The notes under the pieces: generated by a model
Databases searched by the model: none
The model's input: the letters and a program-made list of their open reading frames with translations, nothing else
What the model was told of the DNA's origin: nothing
Origin: Takakia lepidozioides
Lineage: Eukaryota; Plantae; Bryophyta
Length of the DNA: 64,000 nucleotides
Direction of reading: 5' to 3'
NCBI GenBank assembly: GCA_030704615.1
Contig: CM060734.1
Location: 17,670,001 to 17,734,000, forward strand
Translations under genes and position numbers: made by a program
Shown here: positions 23,949 through 37,449 of the stretch, one piece after another
Numbering within the stretch: position 1 is the first letter of the stretch
Layout of the letters: the number at the start of each line of letters is the position of its first letter

Positions 23949-25900
23949 TTTTGAATACGAAAAAACTCTGCAGGATTCATTACTTTTACACACAACCTCC
24001 TACATACTCGCAAAATTGTAGTGCGAACACCTCTAGCCGTGAGCCCACGAATAGCCAGCGGTAAAATTTGGTGCATGGACACATGGTAATCATGTGATTT
24101 CATGCCAGATAGTTTTTTCTTTACCACGTGTTTTTTGAAAGCTGATGCGTATCCTGTGGGTACTTTAAGGTTTCGCACAATGTCCAAGAAAACTTTCAAC
24201 TCAGCTTCAGTCAGAACATAAGGAGTAGGAGGCATCATTAACGTATCTGCACTGTTCGGATGTCGTTGCAACCACAATGATGGACGCAGCCCAAGTAATT
24301 CAAGATCACGCCGAACCTTCAATGTATCTTTCTCCCCAAAAATTGTCCTAATGATATTCTCTGCAAATTTCTTCTCGCAATGCATAACATCAAACGTATG
24401 CCGTATGAGGAGGCCCTCCCAGTAAGGCAAGGCATATAAGATTGATAATCGCTTCACTCCGTGAGATTTGGAAGGGTCTGATGGCATATTTGGTTTCCCC
24501 CCCTGCTGCTATCCATGCAATCAGGTCAATTGCACGTTTCTTTATTTGTGTTCCCGTCTGCGTTTGTGGAGCCACTCTATGCTCAACAACACCATTGAAC
24601 AATCTTGATCTTCTATACGGATGGTTGTGGGCAAGAAATCTCCGATGGCCCAGGAACACAGTCTTCGAACATGCATGTAAATGTTGTGAATCCACCTCAA
24701 GTCCATTTGGTAACCTGACCCGCGAGCAAGCCATATGCAGGGTAATCATGGATTGACCATAGCAGCAATGCCCGTAGCAAGAATTGGCGTTGTTGGAGAG
24801 CGTGGGAAACATCATAAGCTATGATGCCTCTCCACAATTCCTGTAGCTCCTCTACTAGGGGCATCAAATACACATCAATGTTCGCAGATGTAACAGACTC
24901 CTTTCTAGGGATAAGGAGTGATAACATGACGAAAAACTTCTTTGTCGTTAACCATGGAGGCAAATTATAGTTGACCAACAGGATGGGCCATGTGCTCTAA
25001 CTCGTGGATTGAGCACCGTATGGATTTACTCCGTCTAAGGCTAATCCAAATCATACATTTTGTGGTTCTAAAGCAAAATCTGCAAATGTGGAGTCAACGT
25101 GGGCCCAGGCTTTGCTATCAGCTGGATTTCGAACCAATCCATCCTGACTCTTTATGTCTGAAGTGCCATGTCATAAGGTGCGCGATAGATTTGCATCGAT
25201 ACATGTGTTTCAACCTTGGGATGACAGGGACATGTCGTAGTATTTTTCTTGGTACAGTCCCACGACCAAGAATGTAACGCGACGTCTTGCACTTTGGGCA
25301 AAAATCTGCTTTTTCATTCTTCCCACAGAAGAGTACACAGCCTTTCTCGCAGGCATGGATATTCTGGGTGTACTGCAATCCCATCTTCACAATCATAGTT
25401 CTAGCTTCATAATTAGTTTTCGGAAGATAATTCTGTTTTGGCAAAAAACTTTTGAGTAACAATCCAAGAAGCTCATCCACAAAGCCATTGATGCACTTGT
25501 GGGTGGTGCACAAGTTGAGCAAGTGCAAAGTAGCTTCAAATCGGATGATCGAGCTCCCTTTATAGAGTTTACACTAAGATTGTTGAAATAGAGTATCATA
25601 GTTGGGGTCAACTCCGTGACTCAGATTTGGGCCATTCTCTGCATTCTCTACATTGTCCATGGATCCTTCGTCGTTGGGGCTGTCTTCGGCCCGAGTTCCA
25701 CCATTAATGGGATCCTCTCTGTTTGCATCTGCAAACTCAAAAGCTTCCTGCAATGCTTGTTGAATTTCTGCCTCCACACCACCTTCATGATCCGTATTGT
25801 TCTCCCTTTGATTAGGCACCTGCCCAAACTCAGCCCGATCCTCCTCGTCATCAGAATCAACATGTCCCTGCATCCCGTGTTTCCCACGCTTCATTCACAG
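23949..25900 (-). pseudogene. CACTA/EnSpm TnpD (Tnp2) transposase, decayed and 3'-truncated
   Basis: IHACEKGCVLF...CPKCKTSRY, IPRLKHMY, NYNLPPW...MLSLLIP, IHDYPAY, FLGHRRFL, DVMHCEK, GMKSHDYHV. Confidence 0.93.
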
Positions 25901-28900
25901 TATATGTAGATTATGACATGTGGACAAATGTAGTCACGGCTACCACTACATCACTTCGATTTCAGCAACGACATTGTGACACATGACAGATAGTTCTAGT
26001 GACGTAGTCGTGTTCCTATATGTGTTTATGACTACACGACTACAACTAGCCAACGACATATCGACATGTGTATAAAGGGTAGTCATAGACGCTACTACAT
26101 GACTACAACTCGTCAATCAACTTTCGACATGTGGAGTGGTGAAATCATGGCTACTACTACCACACCAAAATGGTTTCAAAATTCAAACTTGGAGATCGCT
26201 AAGTCCTGAAGGACAGTGTACTTCCCGTGGATGTACCGGAATAGTACAGCTGCGCAAAGTTCGATCCCTCTTATGTTTGAGGTAGTGTAGATGCATATAT
26301 TGGTACACTTTTCTTTTCAGATCGTTTTTGATCATAAGACAAGCATTGTACTGCCAAAACATGTTAGTTTGTTAGTTGTCTGGAAATCGTTGGTAAAGCA
26401 CGTAGGAAATTAGACAGTGTCTGCGACGACCATGGAGTGGAACTCTGGCGTCAAGATGACCATAGGAAGCTGCATTGATAGCAGATTAGGCTGCCAATTC
26501 GGTATCAGAAACGACAAGTTAATCATGTTCAAACAATATAGGACGACTGTTCCAGTCCCAGATTGCGATCTCTCTTTTCTCCCGCCTTTCAAGTCCAGTA
26601 GGAACACACGGCAAGGAGCTTGGCAATTGGTGGAAGCGACATGTACAGCGATGAAATATCGCAACAAAGCAATTGGCCGCATCGGAATGACAACATGTCA
26701 GGACGACTTCAAACGGTGAAGCGTGGACTTGTTAGCGGTGCAGGACAACTGGAGGGGACTCCGGACAACCTATGACTCAGTGGCAGGGTCAAAGACCCCA
26801 GAGCCATCACCAGGGATTTGATTTCCAAAAATACCACAAAATCTGTGTGTAGCGAAAATACGACGAATGGCAAGAAGCGCAATTTTTTACCACTGATGGA
26901 GCTGAGAATTTACAGGCTGATACGGTGTATGTAATTGTAGTTTGTCACCAAGTTTGGTGCTTTATGGAGCTGATTAGCAGCGGGGCCAAATTATTGAGTC
27001 GACGGCACTCACGGGGCCTATTATTTGCATTTCTACTTCTTGGATGGATGAAAAATCCTGGAATTCGCCTTGAGGAGCTGGATGGATGAAATGACAACTC
27101 GCGCCAACTGGTCATCCAATTGGGTGGATGAAAAGCCAGCTTTCATTTGCCTCTAAGACTTTTCATCCATGTTGAATATTATATTATAGATCCTCCAAGG
27201 AAACAATAGTTTAATGAATATTTTCCATTAGTTTATTAGGCTCAAAAACAGTATAAAAGAAGGGCAAGGCTTCCCTTGTTTTTCATCTAGTTCTTTCTCT
27301 TGCTTAGTTTCCTCTTGTTGTTGTAGTGTTGTTAGTTTGAGGCTTGAGGAGGCTAGATCCTAGGGAGTGGAGCTTGAAGCTCCCTAGTTAGATAGAATTC
27401 TTGTGAGCTAAGGCAAGTGGCCTAGCTTGTGGGCCTTTGAGCCATTTCATTTGTGAAGGAAGAGGGCAATTTCATGTAGAGGAAAGTGACTTGAGGACGA
27501 GTAGGAGGGGCTGGTGTGGACTTATGGACGAGAGCCCAACTAGAGGCCGCATAGAGTACCATTACTTGAGTCGATAGAGCATCCCAAGCACTCTTGCATA
27601 GAAAGGTTGATCCCATCTTACCATTTCACCATTTATGTATGTGATTCATTTATTTTCCAAGCAAAGCTTGAAGTTGAAAATCTGATTTAGGCTCTTCAAA
27701 AGAGGAGAGTGCATTGTGGAATCCCACTATTTCATGTCTAGAATTGACAAGGGGAAGAACCCCATATTGGAAAGGGTACCAATAGAGGCTTGTATTTGAA
27801 TTGTTTGAAGAATGAATCTTTGTGTTTGATTACTAATTTGAAATATAGCCAGCTCTGGCAAAGGTAGGCCAGTAGGCTGGATCTATGATATAAGGTCACT
27901 ATAAGGCCACTATGTGCTAATCCCCCCCCCCCCCCCCCACTAACAAGCCATGGAGGCCTAGGGGAGGGTGGGTTGTATTTTGTTTTGTCTAAAAGCGTGG
28001 AGGCAGCCGTGGCCCAGCCACGACGTACGGGGAGCGGGGCCCCAGTGCTGACCTTAAGTCGTATTGAGATCAAGTACATCAGCCGCGTGGCTCAGGCGTG
28101 AGGCCCTGAAGCATGCGAGCAGGGTGCGGGTCTTTACCCACAGGATAACCAAAAGCTGAGACGGACCGGCGGACGCCGGCGTTAACCGCAGCGGTCCACG
28201 GCTTGGACCGCTACGCGCGGAGCTGCGCCCCGCCACGTGGCGGGGGCGTTTTACCCAGCGGGCAATGTGTCTGCAAATTCCCTTAAAGGGGGGTATTCTT
28301 ACCTTTAGCTAGTAGATTCAATTTATACCCCTCTAAGGGTTAAGAGCCATTATCTAAGGCGCCAGTGGTAGATAAAATCTAGGATTTTGGGAGGACGTAG
28401 CCTCGGAGGGTTCTTATGACTCCAAGAGAGAGCCAAGCGGGCCTGTGAGCAGTGAGCTAGAGGCGGAGACCTCGAGAGACAAGGGAGGAGAGAAAGTACT
28501 CTGTCCTAAAAACTCGGCTACAGTGCGCCTTTGTGTCAGAGCCCAAGGTAGAGGATGACTTTTTCCACAGAGGGAAAGCGCACCAGCGCCTTAAAATAAT
28601 GTAGAGGGGTGAAATCTGGCTTGGACCCACCAGTGGTTATTTTATTATTTACGCATGCATGTTCTGGACTAATGAATGTAGTGGCAAGGATGAGCTCTTA
28701 GCGAGATTCATCCATCCGATAGGGCCACAGCAGTTCCCCGCGGCAGGAAACGGTTCCCGGGTGTTCCTCAGTTCTCATTGGGTTCCGACAGGGTTCCCAA
28801 TGGCATCTTTAGGCGCCAAGGGTATCTTTGGATTCCCCACATGACCCATAGGGTAGGTATTTTTCCTAATTTTCTTAATTTCTTAATTTCCAGCATTTCT

Positions 28901-31459
28901 ATTAAATAGGATAGATGCACGTGGTGCACGTTATAGCCTGAAGGGCGTTGATTAAACTGATTGAACTTATTGAGTTGAGGGGCTTAGAACCACTTTATTG
29001 AACTTGGTGAACCTATTGGATTATGATAGGTATTTTGGCCACTCTTTTGCTAAGACAAAGTATTTTAGGCACTGGGGTAGGAAGCGTTGGCCCTTCCATC
29101 AGAGATGACTTGAACTTAAGCACTCGGTGAAGGAGAGACATTGGGAGAGGAAGATTTTCCCTCTTCTTCCTAGGCTCGGCAGGTGCCTTGTGAAAGGATT
29201 AAAACATGTTCCGGCTATATGCGGCTCGGGGGCCTAGGCGGTAGGAATTAGACAATAAAACACAAAGACTTGGAAGGCAGTTACTGAGTAGATTGTAGGA
29301 TACCATAGGACTTAGAAACACAAACTCGCCCTGTAAAGAGGAGTACGTGATTTCTCTTGCCGGTAGGACTTAGATAGTGATCATAGCCACCATGTACGAC
29401 CATGGACCCCCTGCACTAACCGCAGTCGGGTAGGCGATTCAGTGAGCCCAACTTACACCGCAACTTACCACGACCCCCCTAGACAAATATGCCGTCACCC
29501 TGACCGCGCGCTCAGGTCTCGTCAGGTAGTGCTTCTTCACTATCTCCAACAACTGCCATTTGGATCCATGACATTCAGTGCAATTGCAAAGCATTTTCTT
29601 GTTCACATTTGCTATGACGTACGCTTCCTCGAGTCGCCATAGTCTATCATCTCGTAATCGTATGCGTGGCTCATATGCACCATGACGGCCGAACAGACTG
29701 TCAAGTTATTTTACCACTAGTGTGAAACTAGCTAGGAAATAGCTAGCTTTTACATATTGACATTTGGGATTGGCCCAAGTGTCAATCCAGGGGTCAAGGC
29801 AGATTTAGGCTCTGGAGTGGTTATCTTCACGGCAAACGCGGGAGGCTCATCTTTCTCGAGTTGAGCCTCACCGCGCCTAGCTATGGCGCCGTAGTGTGGA
29901 TTCCCCATGGCGTGGGGTGCACTTGGCTTGACTTGTATTTGAGTGATGAGGTTATATATGCATGAGTTTATGCTTAAGCTTTGTGAGCTCGCATGAGCTT
30001 GTGCTTATATCCTTCTTCTTTATCACTCGAGAAAGATGAGCTCGTATCTATGAGTGCTAGATACGAGTTAGTTGTAGCACTTGTGGTTTTTGCTTGAGAA
30101 TGAGAGAAACCAAGTTGTTATGCAAGGAGCACCGTGGAGCTCTTGGTTGTTAGAAGCGGAGGCGATGTGGGTTACGAGGTGGTAAACCTTGGCATTCGAT
30201 CTTCAGCTTCAGAGATGAAAACACCATACTGCAGGTAATTCCAGAGCACCTTGATGGTTTCAGATTGTGTACATGCATGAGCAAGCACGATTGGGAAGAG
30301 GACCAGTCAAGAGCAGATTATAGTGGCTTTGGTGGCAAAGCTGAGAACTGGACTTGGGAATGCGAGCTTTCATTGTGTGAAGGATTGCAAGACCAAGCGA
30401 AAGGGCTGATTTGGCTTGGGGCAAATCAGTGCACTTTGTGGAGTATGGTGAGATTGGGTTTCAATCTCGAGCTTCAGCATTGAGAGGGCTCTTGTCATGG
30501 CGAGAGCAGGGCTGGAACAGGAGCTAAGAGGTGCGGCAAGGCCATGGAATGTGCACCTAGGGTTTCAGAGCTTGGAAGAAGAGTTCTTGCACCACAAGAG
30601 AAGTGTCTTGTGGCTGGAAATGTAAGCCTTAGGGTTTCAGGAGCTTGGCAAAGGCTGTGGAGTGCTTAGTCTTGTCTTAGAGAGCATCAAGGAACCAAGG
30701 AGCCAAGATAGGGGGCTGATATCTCTTGTGTGAAGAGGTTGCATGTGTGGAGCATGCTATTAGCCTGGTGAAGGCTTGCACTTTCAGGTGTGGGAGTGCA
30801 AGAAAGGAAGGAAGGGGCGGGTTTCCCTGTAGGGCATGTGGAGCATGCTTTCAGCCTGCTGAAGCTTGTATTTTCAGGTTTGTGGGTGCAAGAAATGAAG
30901 CAAAGGAGCTGATTCTCTTATGGTGAGAGTGGGGCATGTGTAGAGCATGCCTTCAGCCCATTGAGGCTCTTGTTTTCAAGCTTTAGAGAGCTAGAATGGA
31001 AGGTCTAGGGCTGGTTTCCACTTGGAGTGAAAGAAAAGCACTTGTAGGGCCTATGTGAGTTGGGGTTTCAACTTCAAGCTTGAAGGGAGCGCAACTCTTG
31101 AAGCAGCAGATGTAGGGGGCTGGAATAGGCTCTAAGACAGATGCTATGGCCAAGGAGAGTGCTTGAATGAGTGCTCACAAGGGCTGGGAACCAGCAGGGC
31201 TTGGTTGTTTGCCATTGAGTTTAGTGGCGTGTTTGGGGAGGCTAAGTGAGAAAGAAGGCTTGGTTTGTGGCAACCACCTCATGGCTTAGGGCTACTATGG
31301 TGGTGTGTGGGAGCCGAAAGAGCAAAAATACCTTGCTGATTTCCTCACAGCCGCCATAGCTCGGTGGAAAGAAGCCTAGAGTCCAAGAGACACAAACCCT
31401 AGCTTGGCGTGGCTAAACCCCTTGGAGAAATGGCTAAACTGCCAGAGCGGCCATGGATG

Positions 31460-32040
31460 GGGCTGTGACGGGCTGTGCCCATGGCCTTTGGGGCTGTGAT
31501 GGGCTGTGAGGGGCTGTGACAGGCCGTGCCTGAGGCCTTTGAGGCTGTGAGGGGCTGTGAGGGGCTGTGACAGGCTGTGCCCATGGCCTTTGGGGTTGTG
31601 ATGGGCTGTGAGGGGCTGTGACAGGCCGTGCCTGAGGCCTTTGAGGTTGTGACGGGCTGTGCCCATGGCCTTTGGGGCTGTGATGGGCTGTGAGGGGCTG
31701 TGACAGGCCGTGCCTGAGGCCTTTGAGGCTGTGACGGGCTGTGAGGGGCTATGACAGGCTGTGCCCATGGCCTTTGGGGCTGTGACAGGCTGTGCCCATG
31801 GCCTTTGGGGCTGTGATGGGCTAAGAGGGGCTGTGACAGGCCGTGCCTGAGGCCTTTGAGGTTGTGACGAGCTGTGAGGGGCTGTGACAGGCCGTGCCTG
31901 AGGCCTTTGGGGCTGTGACGGGCTGTGAGGGGCTGTGACAGGCTGTGTGGGGCTGTGACGGGCTGTGGCGAGCTGTGACGGGCTATGAGGGGCTGTGACA
32001 GGCTGTGCCCAGTGGCCTGTGGGACTGTGACGGCTGTGAC
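31460..32040. repeat. Minisatellite of 10-bp units (GGCTGTGA core) with higher-order CCCATGGCCTTT / CCTGAGGCCTTT blocks
   Basis: Directly visible tandem array; repetitive translations in ORFs 31376..31768 and 31399..32145. Confidence 0.93.
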
Positions 32041-32777
32041 CAGTGAGCTGTGTGGGCCTGTGCTGGTCTGTGGTGGCCCGTGTTGACCTGTGGACGGCCT
32101 ATGCTGACTCGTGGAGGCACTGGTGGACTGCCTAAGAACTGGCATGTGGTCTGGAAGGCCGAATTTTTAAGCTCGTGGAGGGCGGTTTGAGGAGTATCTT
32201 CATGATATTCCCATGGTCATGCAAGTGAGGGAAGAGAGGAGAGGAAGAGTGTTGGGATGAGGGCATGCTGGGGTTAGGCATTGCTTTAGCTTCTCTTCCT
32301 CGTAGTTTCCACCCTCTCATTAGGCCAAGACCTTTCCGTAGGTGGAGGCAAGAGTCAGTCCGGGTTTGGGCTGGGGTGTCCTTGCAGGAGCAACACCGTG
32401 GAGTTGTTTTTGGTGTGGGGGAGTTGTCGTTCTGATTTCTTGTGTTTGGATCCCCTCCATACCTGCATGCTTGACTGTGCGCCATGCTAGTTTTGTGTGG
32501 GCGCTTGTTTTTATAGGTGATTGGTCCGGATTTGATCACCGGCCAGTCCTAGAGCATGCTGTCGATGGTGAGGTTGGGGTGATGACCAGCCAGACCATCA
32601 TTGTTTCTCCTGTGGTGAGGTTGGAGGTGATGACCAGCCAACCATAGGAGTGCTTGCGGTGGATGCAGATACAGGTGTAGGCTATGTTAGGAACTTAGTA
32701 TTCCAAACCATAAGCCGCAACAGGTTCTCTACCCGGTTACCTTGTGGAGAGGGGGTTAGGGACATGTTCATGACCGG

Positions 32778-34040
32778 TTGAGTGTCAACACGGAGGTGCC
32801 ACTAGTTGCTGGGGACAGTGCCGGTTCGAGCACTAGCGATACTAGTGGGTACACGAGACGAGGTGTGCGGTTTAGGCCACCTTCACCTCCTGTGTCTTCC
32901 ACGGAAGGTTCTGATTCGGATTGTGAATCAGGAGGACTCATACCGGCGGTGCAAGTTGTTTCTTTGCCATTGTTGTGGGACACAATGGAGGAGATGTATG
33001 GAGCTACCAAGGGGCCACGAAGGTACTCTGGGGCGGTGGGCACCATCGAGTTGGATGATTTTATCCAAGAGTTTGATAGTTGGTGTGATTTGCAGCAAAT
33101 GCGCAATCCACAACTATTTACGCCTTTCATGGCATGGAAGGGGCTGTTTCAGCACCTTGAGGGGCCGCCTATGGATGATTACCATGAGTTCAGGCGGGGG
33201 CATGAGGTTGAGATCGAGGAGTGGAGGATGTACTGGTCACCCGACTATGTCTCCATCACTAGGGGCACTAGAGCCACGAGGGCAGTGGCTACACCTGCCA
33301 CTGCACCGGCAGCTTCAGCAAGTAGCAGTGGGACTGGTGGTACAGTAGCTACGACGTCCACCCAAGCCACTACCGCACCAGCACTAGCACCCGTGCCTGC
33401 CTTCAACCCTGTTGTGGAGTTCTTCGAAGAGTTGAGAGGGAACTACCAAGGGGTGAGGACAGAGAAGTTGCGGAGCTTGCAAGAGTTCCAACGGAAGCCG
33501 ACCGAGAGCTTGAGGGAGGCTTTCACTCGCATGAGGCGCTTGATAAATGTAACCCAAGGGGTTATGGAAGCTCAGGCAGTCCAATTCTGGTATGGGATAT
33601 TGGACAAGGAGCTGAGGAGAAGGGTGCGGGATGCAACTCTCCTACAAGCGGCCCAACCCACCTTAGCAAATGTGTTTTTGCTGGCAGAGCGGATAGAGCT
33701 CAACATGGTGGAGGAACGAGTGGTCATGGTGGGATTTGCTAAGGAGACACCACGGGGTAGTGGCGCTCCTAGCCAACCACTACCTCAACGTGCTCAAGGC
33801 AACAAGGGGGCTCAGGTGAAGCTCAGGGAAGGGCAGAGAGGACCTCAGATGCAGGGGTCTCTCCCTTCATTTGCTGGCCAACAACGGGCGGATGTGGTGT
33901 GCTGGACATGTGGAGGACCCCATGTCAAGAAGGATTGCCCAGAGGCAAAGGGTCGGCACATGCACAGCCTGCACAGTTGCAGTGTGGGCATTGTGGCAAG
34001 CACGGGCATGGAGAGGCCCAGTGTTATGGTTTGCATCCTG
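32778..34040 (+). pseudogene. gag of the DNMT-Gypsy element (frameshift near 33955 between two zinc knuckles)
   Basis: RYSG...LDDFIQEF, FQRKPTESLREAFTRM capsid-like motif, CWTCGGPHVKKDC then CGHCGKHGHGEAQC in the next frame. Confidence 0.8.
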
Positions 34041-36811
34041 AGTTGCGCCCAGGCCAGTTCCAAGGGAACAATGGTGGCCGGGGGCAAGGTGGAGCAGCCC
34101 AGAGAGGACGAGGTGGCCAGCCACGAGGTGCAGGCCAAGGGCAAGCTCAACGTGGCCAAGGACGCGGAGGTCAGGGTGTTGACCAAGGCATGGCCAACCG
34201 GCTTCAGCAGCTAGAGCAGAGGCTCGCTGCCATGGCTACAGCTCAGGTGGTACCGGCTCTAAGGCCGGATGGTCCACCTCCTGCTCCTGAGGGAGGAGAT
34301 ATGGGAGGCATGGGATTCATGTGTGGAGCAGCACTACCACTAGTGCAGGTGGAGTCTGCTGCAGCCGTGACTCGAGGAGCAGCACGAGTTCCTGAGCCAC
34401 GAGGTGTAGAGGTGGAGTTGGATCCACAGCGTGGGGAGGCAAGCCGTCAGGCTAGGCTTCCTCAGTCATTCACATTGGCGGAGACAGTGTCGACGCCATC
34501 CATGGTACCTAGTTCTCGTCCGACTGTTACCGAGGCGGAGGTTACTATGCCATTGGGGAGAGCTACACGGGTAACACCACTACCTAGTGTTGCCAAGGCT
34601 ACAACAGCTAGTGTGCTGCTAGGAGCGGCCACATCTGTATGCCAGGCTCCATTGTTCTCGGCTACCATGATTGTGACGCCGGGGGTAAGACCAGCTGAGG
34701 TGTTCAGGCTGGCAGCTACACTCTGTGAGAGTGGGGAAGTTACTTCATCTTCTGCGGAGATGGTGGGAGGTGTAGTGCCGGAGGGATCCTCGGATTTGAG
34801 GGTCAAGACTGCCACGGCGGCGCCATGGCAAGCTGCAGCTGCCAGGTTGATGGAGCTGCCAGCTAGGCCAGCCATTGAGCGCGCCATGGTGACACCTGGA
34901 GTTGTCATGTTAGACAACCAGGATGGCATTTTCTGTTTGAGTGGACCGGCAGGCAAGAGGTACCGGCCACTGCGGGTCTTGTTGGACTCGGGAGCTCAGC
35001 CATTGATGTTGGGTAGAGCTGCTATTGCAGGCTTGGGCCTCACGGAGGCGGATATGGAGCCTTGTCCTTTCCAGATACAGACGTCTTTGGGAGGATCGGA
35101 GCAGGCTCGGGGCATGACACGGCGTGAGTTGGCTATCAGACTACGGCCGGATCACCCTACAGATGGCTCAGTGATGCGAGCCAAGGCCATTGTGACAGAC
35201 GCAGTCTCATACGATGTCCTGGTTGGTGGGGTAGTGTTGTACCCCATGGGCTTCACCCTGGATTTTTGGGAGGAGTCAGCTTCCTATAGGCCTGCATGGC
35301 AGTCAGGGGAGGGCCGGCGTGTGCAGCTCCCTGTGACGTTCATAGGAGGAGTTGCGGTTGCCCAGCGAGGCAAGATGCCGACACTAGCAGCATTCACAGC
35401 GGCAGTGAGTTGGCCTAGAGAGTTACTTGAGGGCAATGCTCATTCAGAGGATGTACCACCTCCGGGAGAGCAGGATGACATGTATGGTATGGCGGAGTTG
35501 CCTACCATGGTTGCTCAGACTCCATTGTGGGGCACGAGCAAGGATTTGCAGCGGGATGCTGATCGACGGGTGCAACAAGCCTGGGTGGAGGCTTTTGTAC
35601 CGTCAGGAGAGGAGGAGAGTGTGGGGATTGCACCAAGACCATCTCAATTGTCTCCATTGGACACCACACCTATTGTGTGGCAGTATCCGGATGAACGCAT
35701 TTGTCTTCTGGACTTGTTTGGCGGGATCAGCACTGGATTGGCTGCTGTGTTACAAGCAGGTGTACGAGTTTGGCGTTACCTGTATGTGGAGAGGGATGAG
35801 ACTGCACGACGCGTTTCACTTCGCCATGTTGCTCAGTTGGTGCAGCGGTACCCTGAGTTGTTGTCGGTGTCTGCAATTCGTGGATATCAGCAGGCCTTGC
35901 CCGCAGACATTTCGTTGCTGGGGGCGCAGGATTTGGAGCGGGTTGGCTCCATTGATCTGGTAGTGGCAGGTTGGCCCTGCCAAGGGCATTCATCAGCCGG
36001 GCATGGCAATGGATTGCGAGACTCGAGGTCGGGTTTGTTTTGGGAGATGGTGCGGGTTTTGCGCCACTTGCAGCTTCATCAAGCTGTATCTCCAGCATAC
36101 ATCTTGGAGAATGTGCCACTGATGGGCGATTCTCGGGCCAGGGTGATGGCCAGTGTGCATCAAGTCCGGTCATGGCTTGGGTCAGCAGTGTTGCTAGATG
36201 CAGCTACAGTGGGGTCACGGGCTCATTGTCCACGGCTATGGTGGACTAACTTGATGCCACCCGCACTGCTCAAGCGTGCATTTGATGGGGTGCAGCGGCC
36301 AGCACATCTCATAGTGGATAACATTCTGGACACAGGGAGGCAGTCTCAACGTGTGAGACACGATGACCGTTCGCCTTTGGCAGTGGTCAACAAGGTGGGT
36401 CAACCACGAGCAGCATTACCTACACTGCTCAGCTTCCCAGGATCGCATGCTTTCCGGGATAGTGGACCTGGCCTCCTGTGGGATGCTCAGTTGTAGCAGT
36501 TAGTGGAGCCTAATGCTGACGAGCGTGAGCGGGCAATGGGTTTTATCACTGGAACCACGGCGGTGTCGTCTCTTTCTGAGGCATCACGTCGTCAAGTGTT
36601 GGGGCAAGCAATGGATTCCAATTGCTTGACCTGGATTATCAGCTTGGCTCTGGCTGAGCAACGCAGAGTGCGGAGTACACTTCCCTCAATGGTCTCTCTG
36701 CCTACCGAGACGGTACAGGCAGTGAGGGGGGGCGAGCATGTGAGGACCACGGGGTGCATGCATCCATGGCACACGTGGGAGGTGCTCGAGGTTCAGAGGG
36801 AGTTGGCAGCC
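33899..36811 (+). pseudogene. In-frame zinc knuckle, protease and DNMT3-like methyltransferase (stop at 36494)
   Basis: Single 865-aa ORF contains CGHCGKHGH, VLLDSGAQ, LLDLFGG, GWPCQ, ILENV; CAG to TAG stop and motif VIII R to C relative to copy 1. Confidence 0.92.
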
Positions 36812-37449
36812 AATTCGATTAATGTCATACTCGTCCGAGACCTGTAAACATCTTCTGCAGTCAAGTCTCCTAGCATACAGTCTAAGAATTGCAGAAGAAA
36901 AATGAGGCAGGTTTCGTTGCTCGATCAGCTGGCGAATCCCGATAGCACGAAGCTCTCACTGGTGGCTGGGTTGCCTACGTGGCCTGATGCTGCGAGATGG
37001 CAATCTCCTCATGTAGACGCATCTGCTTCCTCCCCTTCGGCATTGGCCTACGTCCGAAGTATAATTTTCGGAGCTTGCAACGATGTCTCTTCTCTGGTGC
37101 ACGCACTCCCTCCCTCTCAGGTTCGAGCATAAGAAGAAAAGAGACAGGGAAAAGGGGTGAAGAGTGCAGATGGAAAGGGCGCGAGAGGGGTGACTGAGGA
37201 GACACGACAAAAGCAGATGAAACGGCGGTGATGCAGCACTTGGGTTCGAAAGGGTTGGAGGAAAGTGTCTCCTCGTGGACTTTGCGTCATTACGAAATTC
37301 GAATCATTCAGGATACGCCTGCCGTCCGAAAAACAAACATCATTATCCAACGGTCAGGCCGCGCCGCCTCATGCCACTTCAGTCAGATAGAGTGCAGACA
37401 TGTGCCGCAATTCCGTTGCTCCACGTGTTCAAATTTGGAGTTGGAGTGA

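Larger units (their letters stand above)
32715..36811 (+). mobile_element. DNMT-carrying Gypsy element, copy 2: probable LTR end, gag, PR, DNMT; truncated before RT
   Basis: Near identity with 1-1940; match ends at GGCAGCCAA (~36811). Upstream 27200-32722 may be its long LTR, not confirmed. Confidence 0.9.

Noticed and set aside
31376-32145. Repetitive ORFs of 130 and 248 aa
   Set aside because: Products of the 10-bp minisatellite
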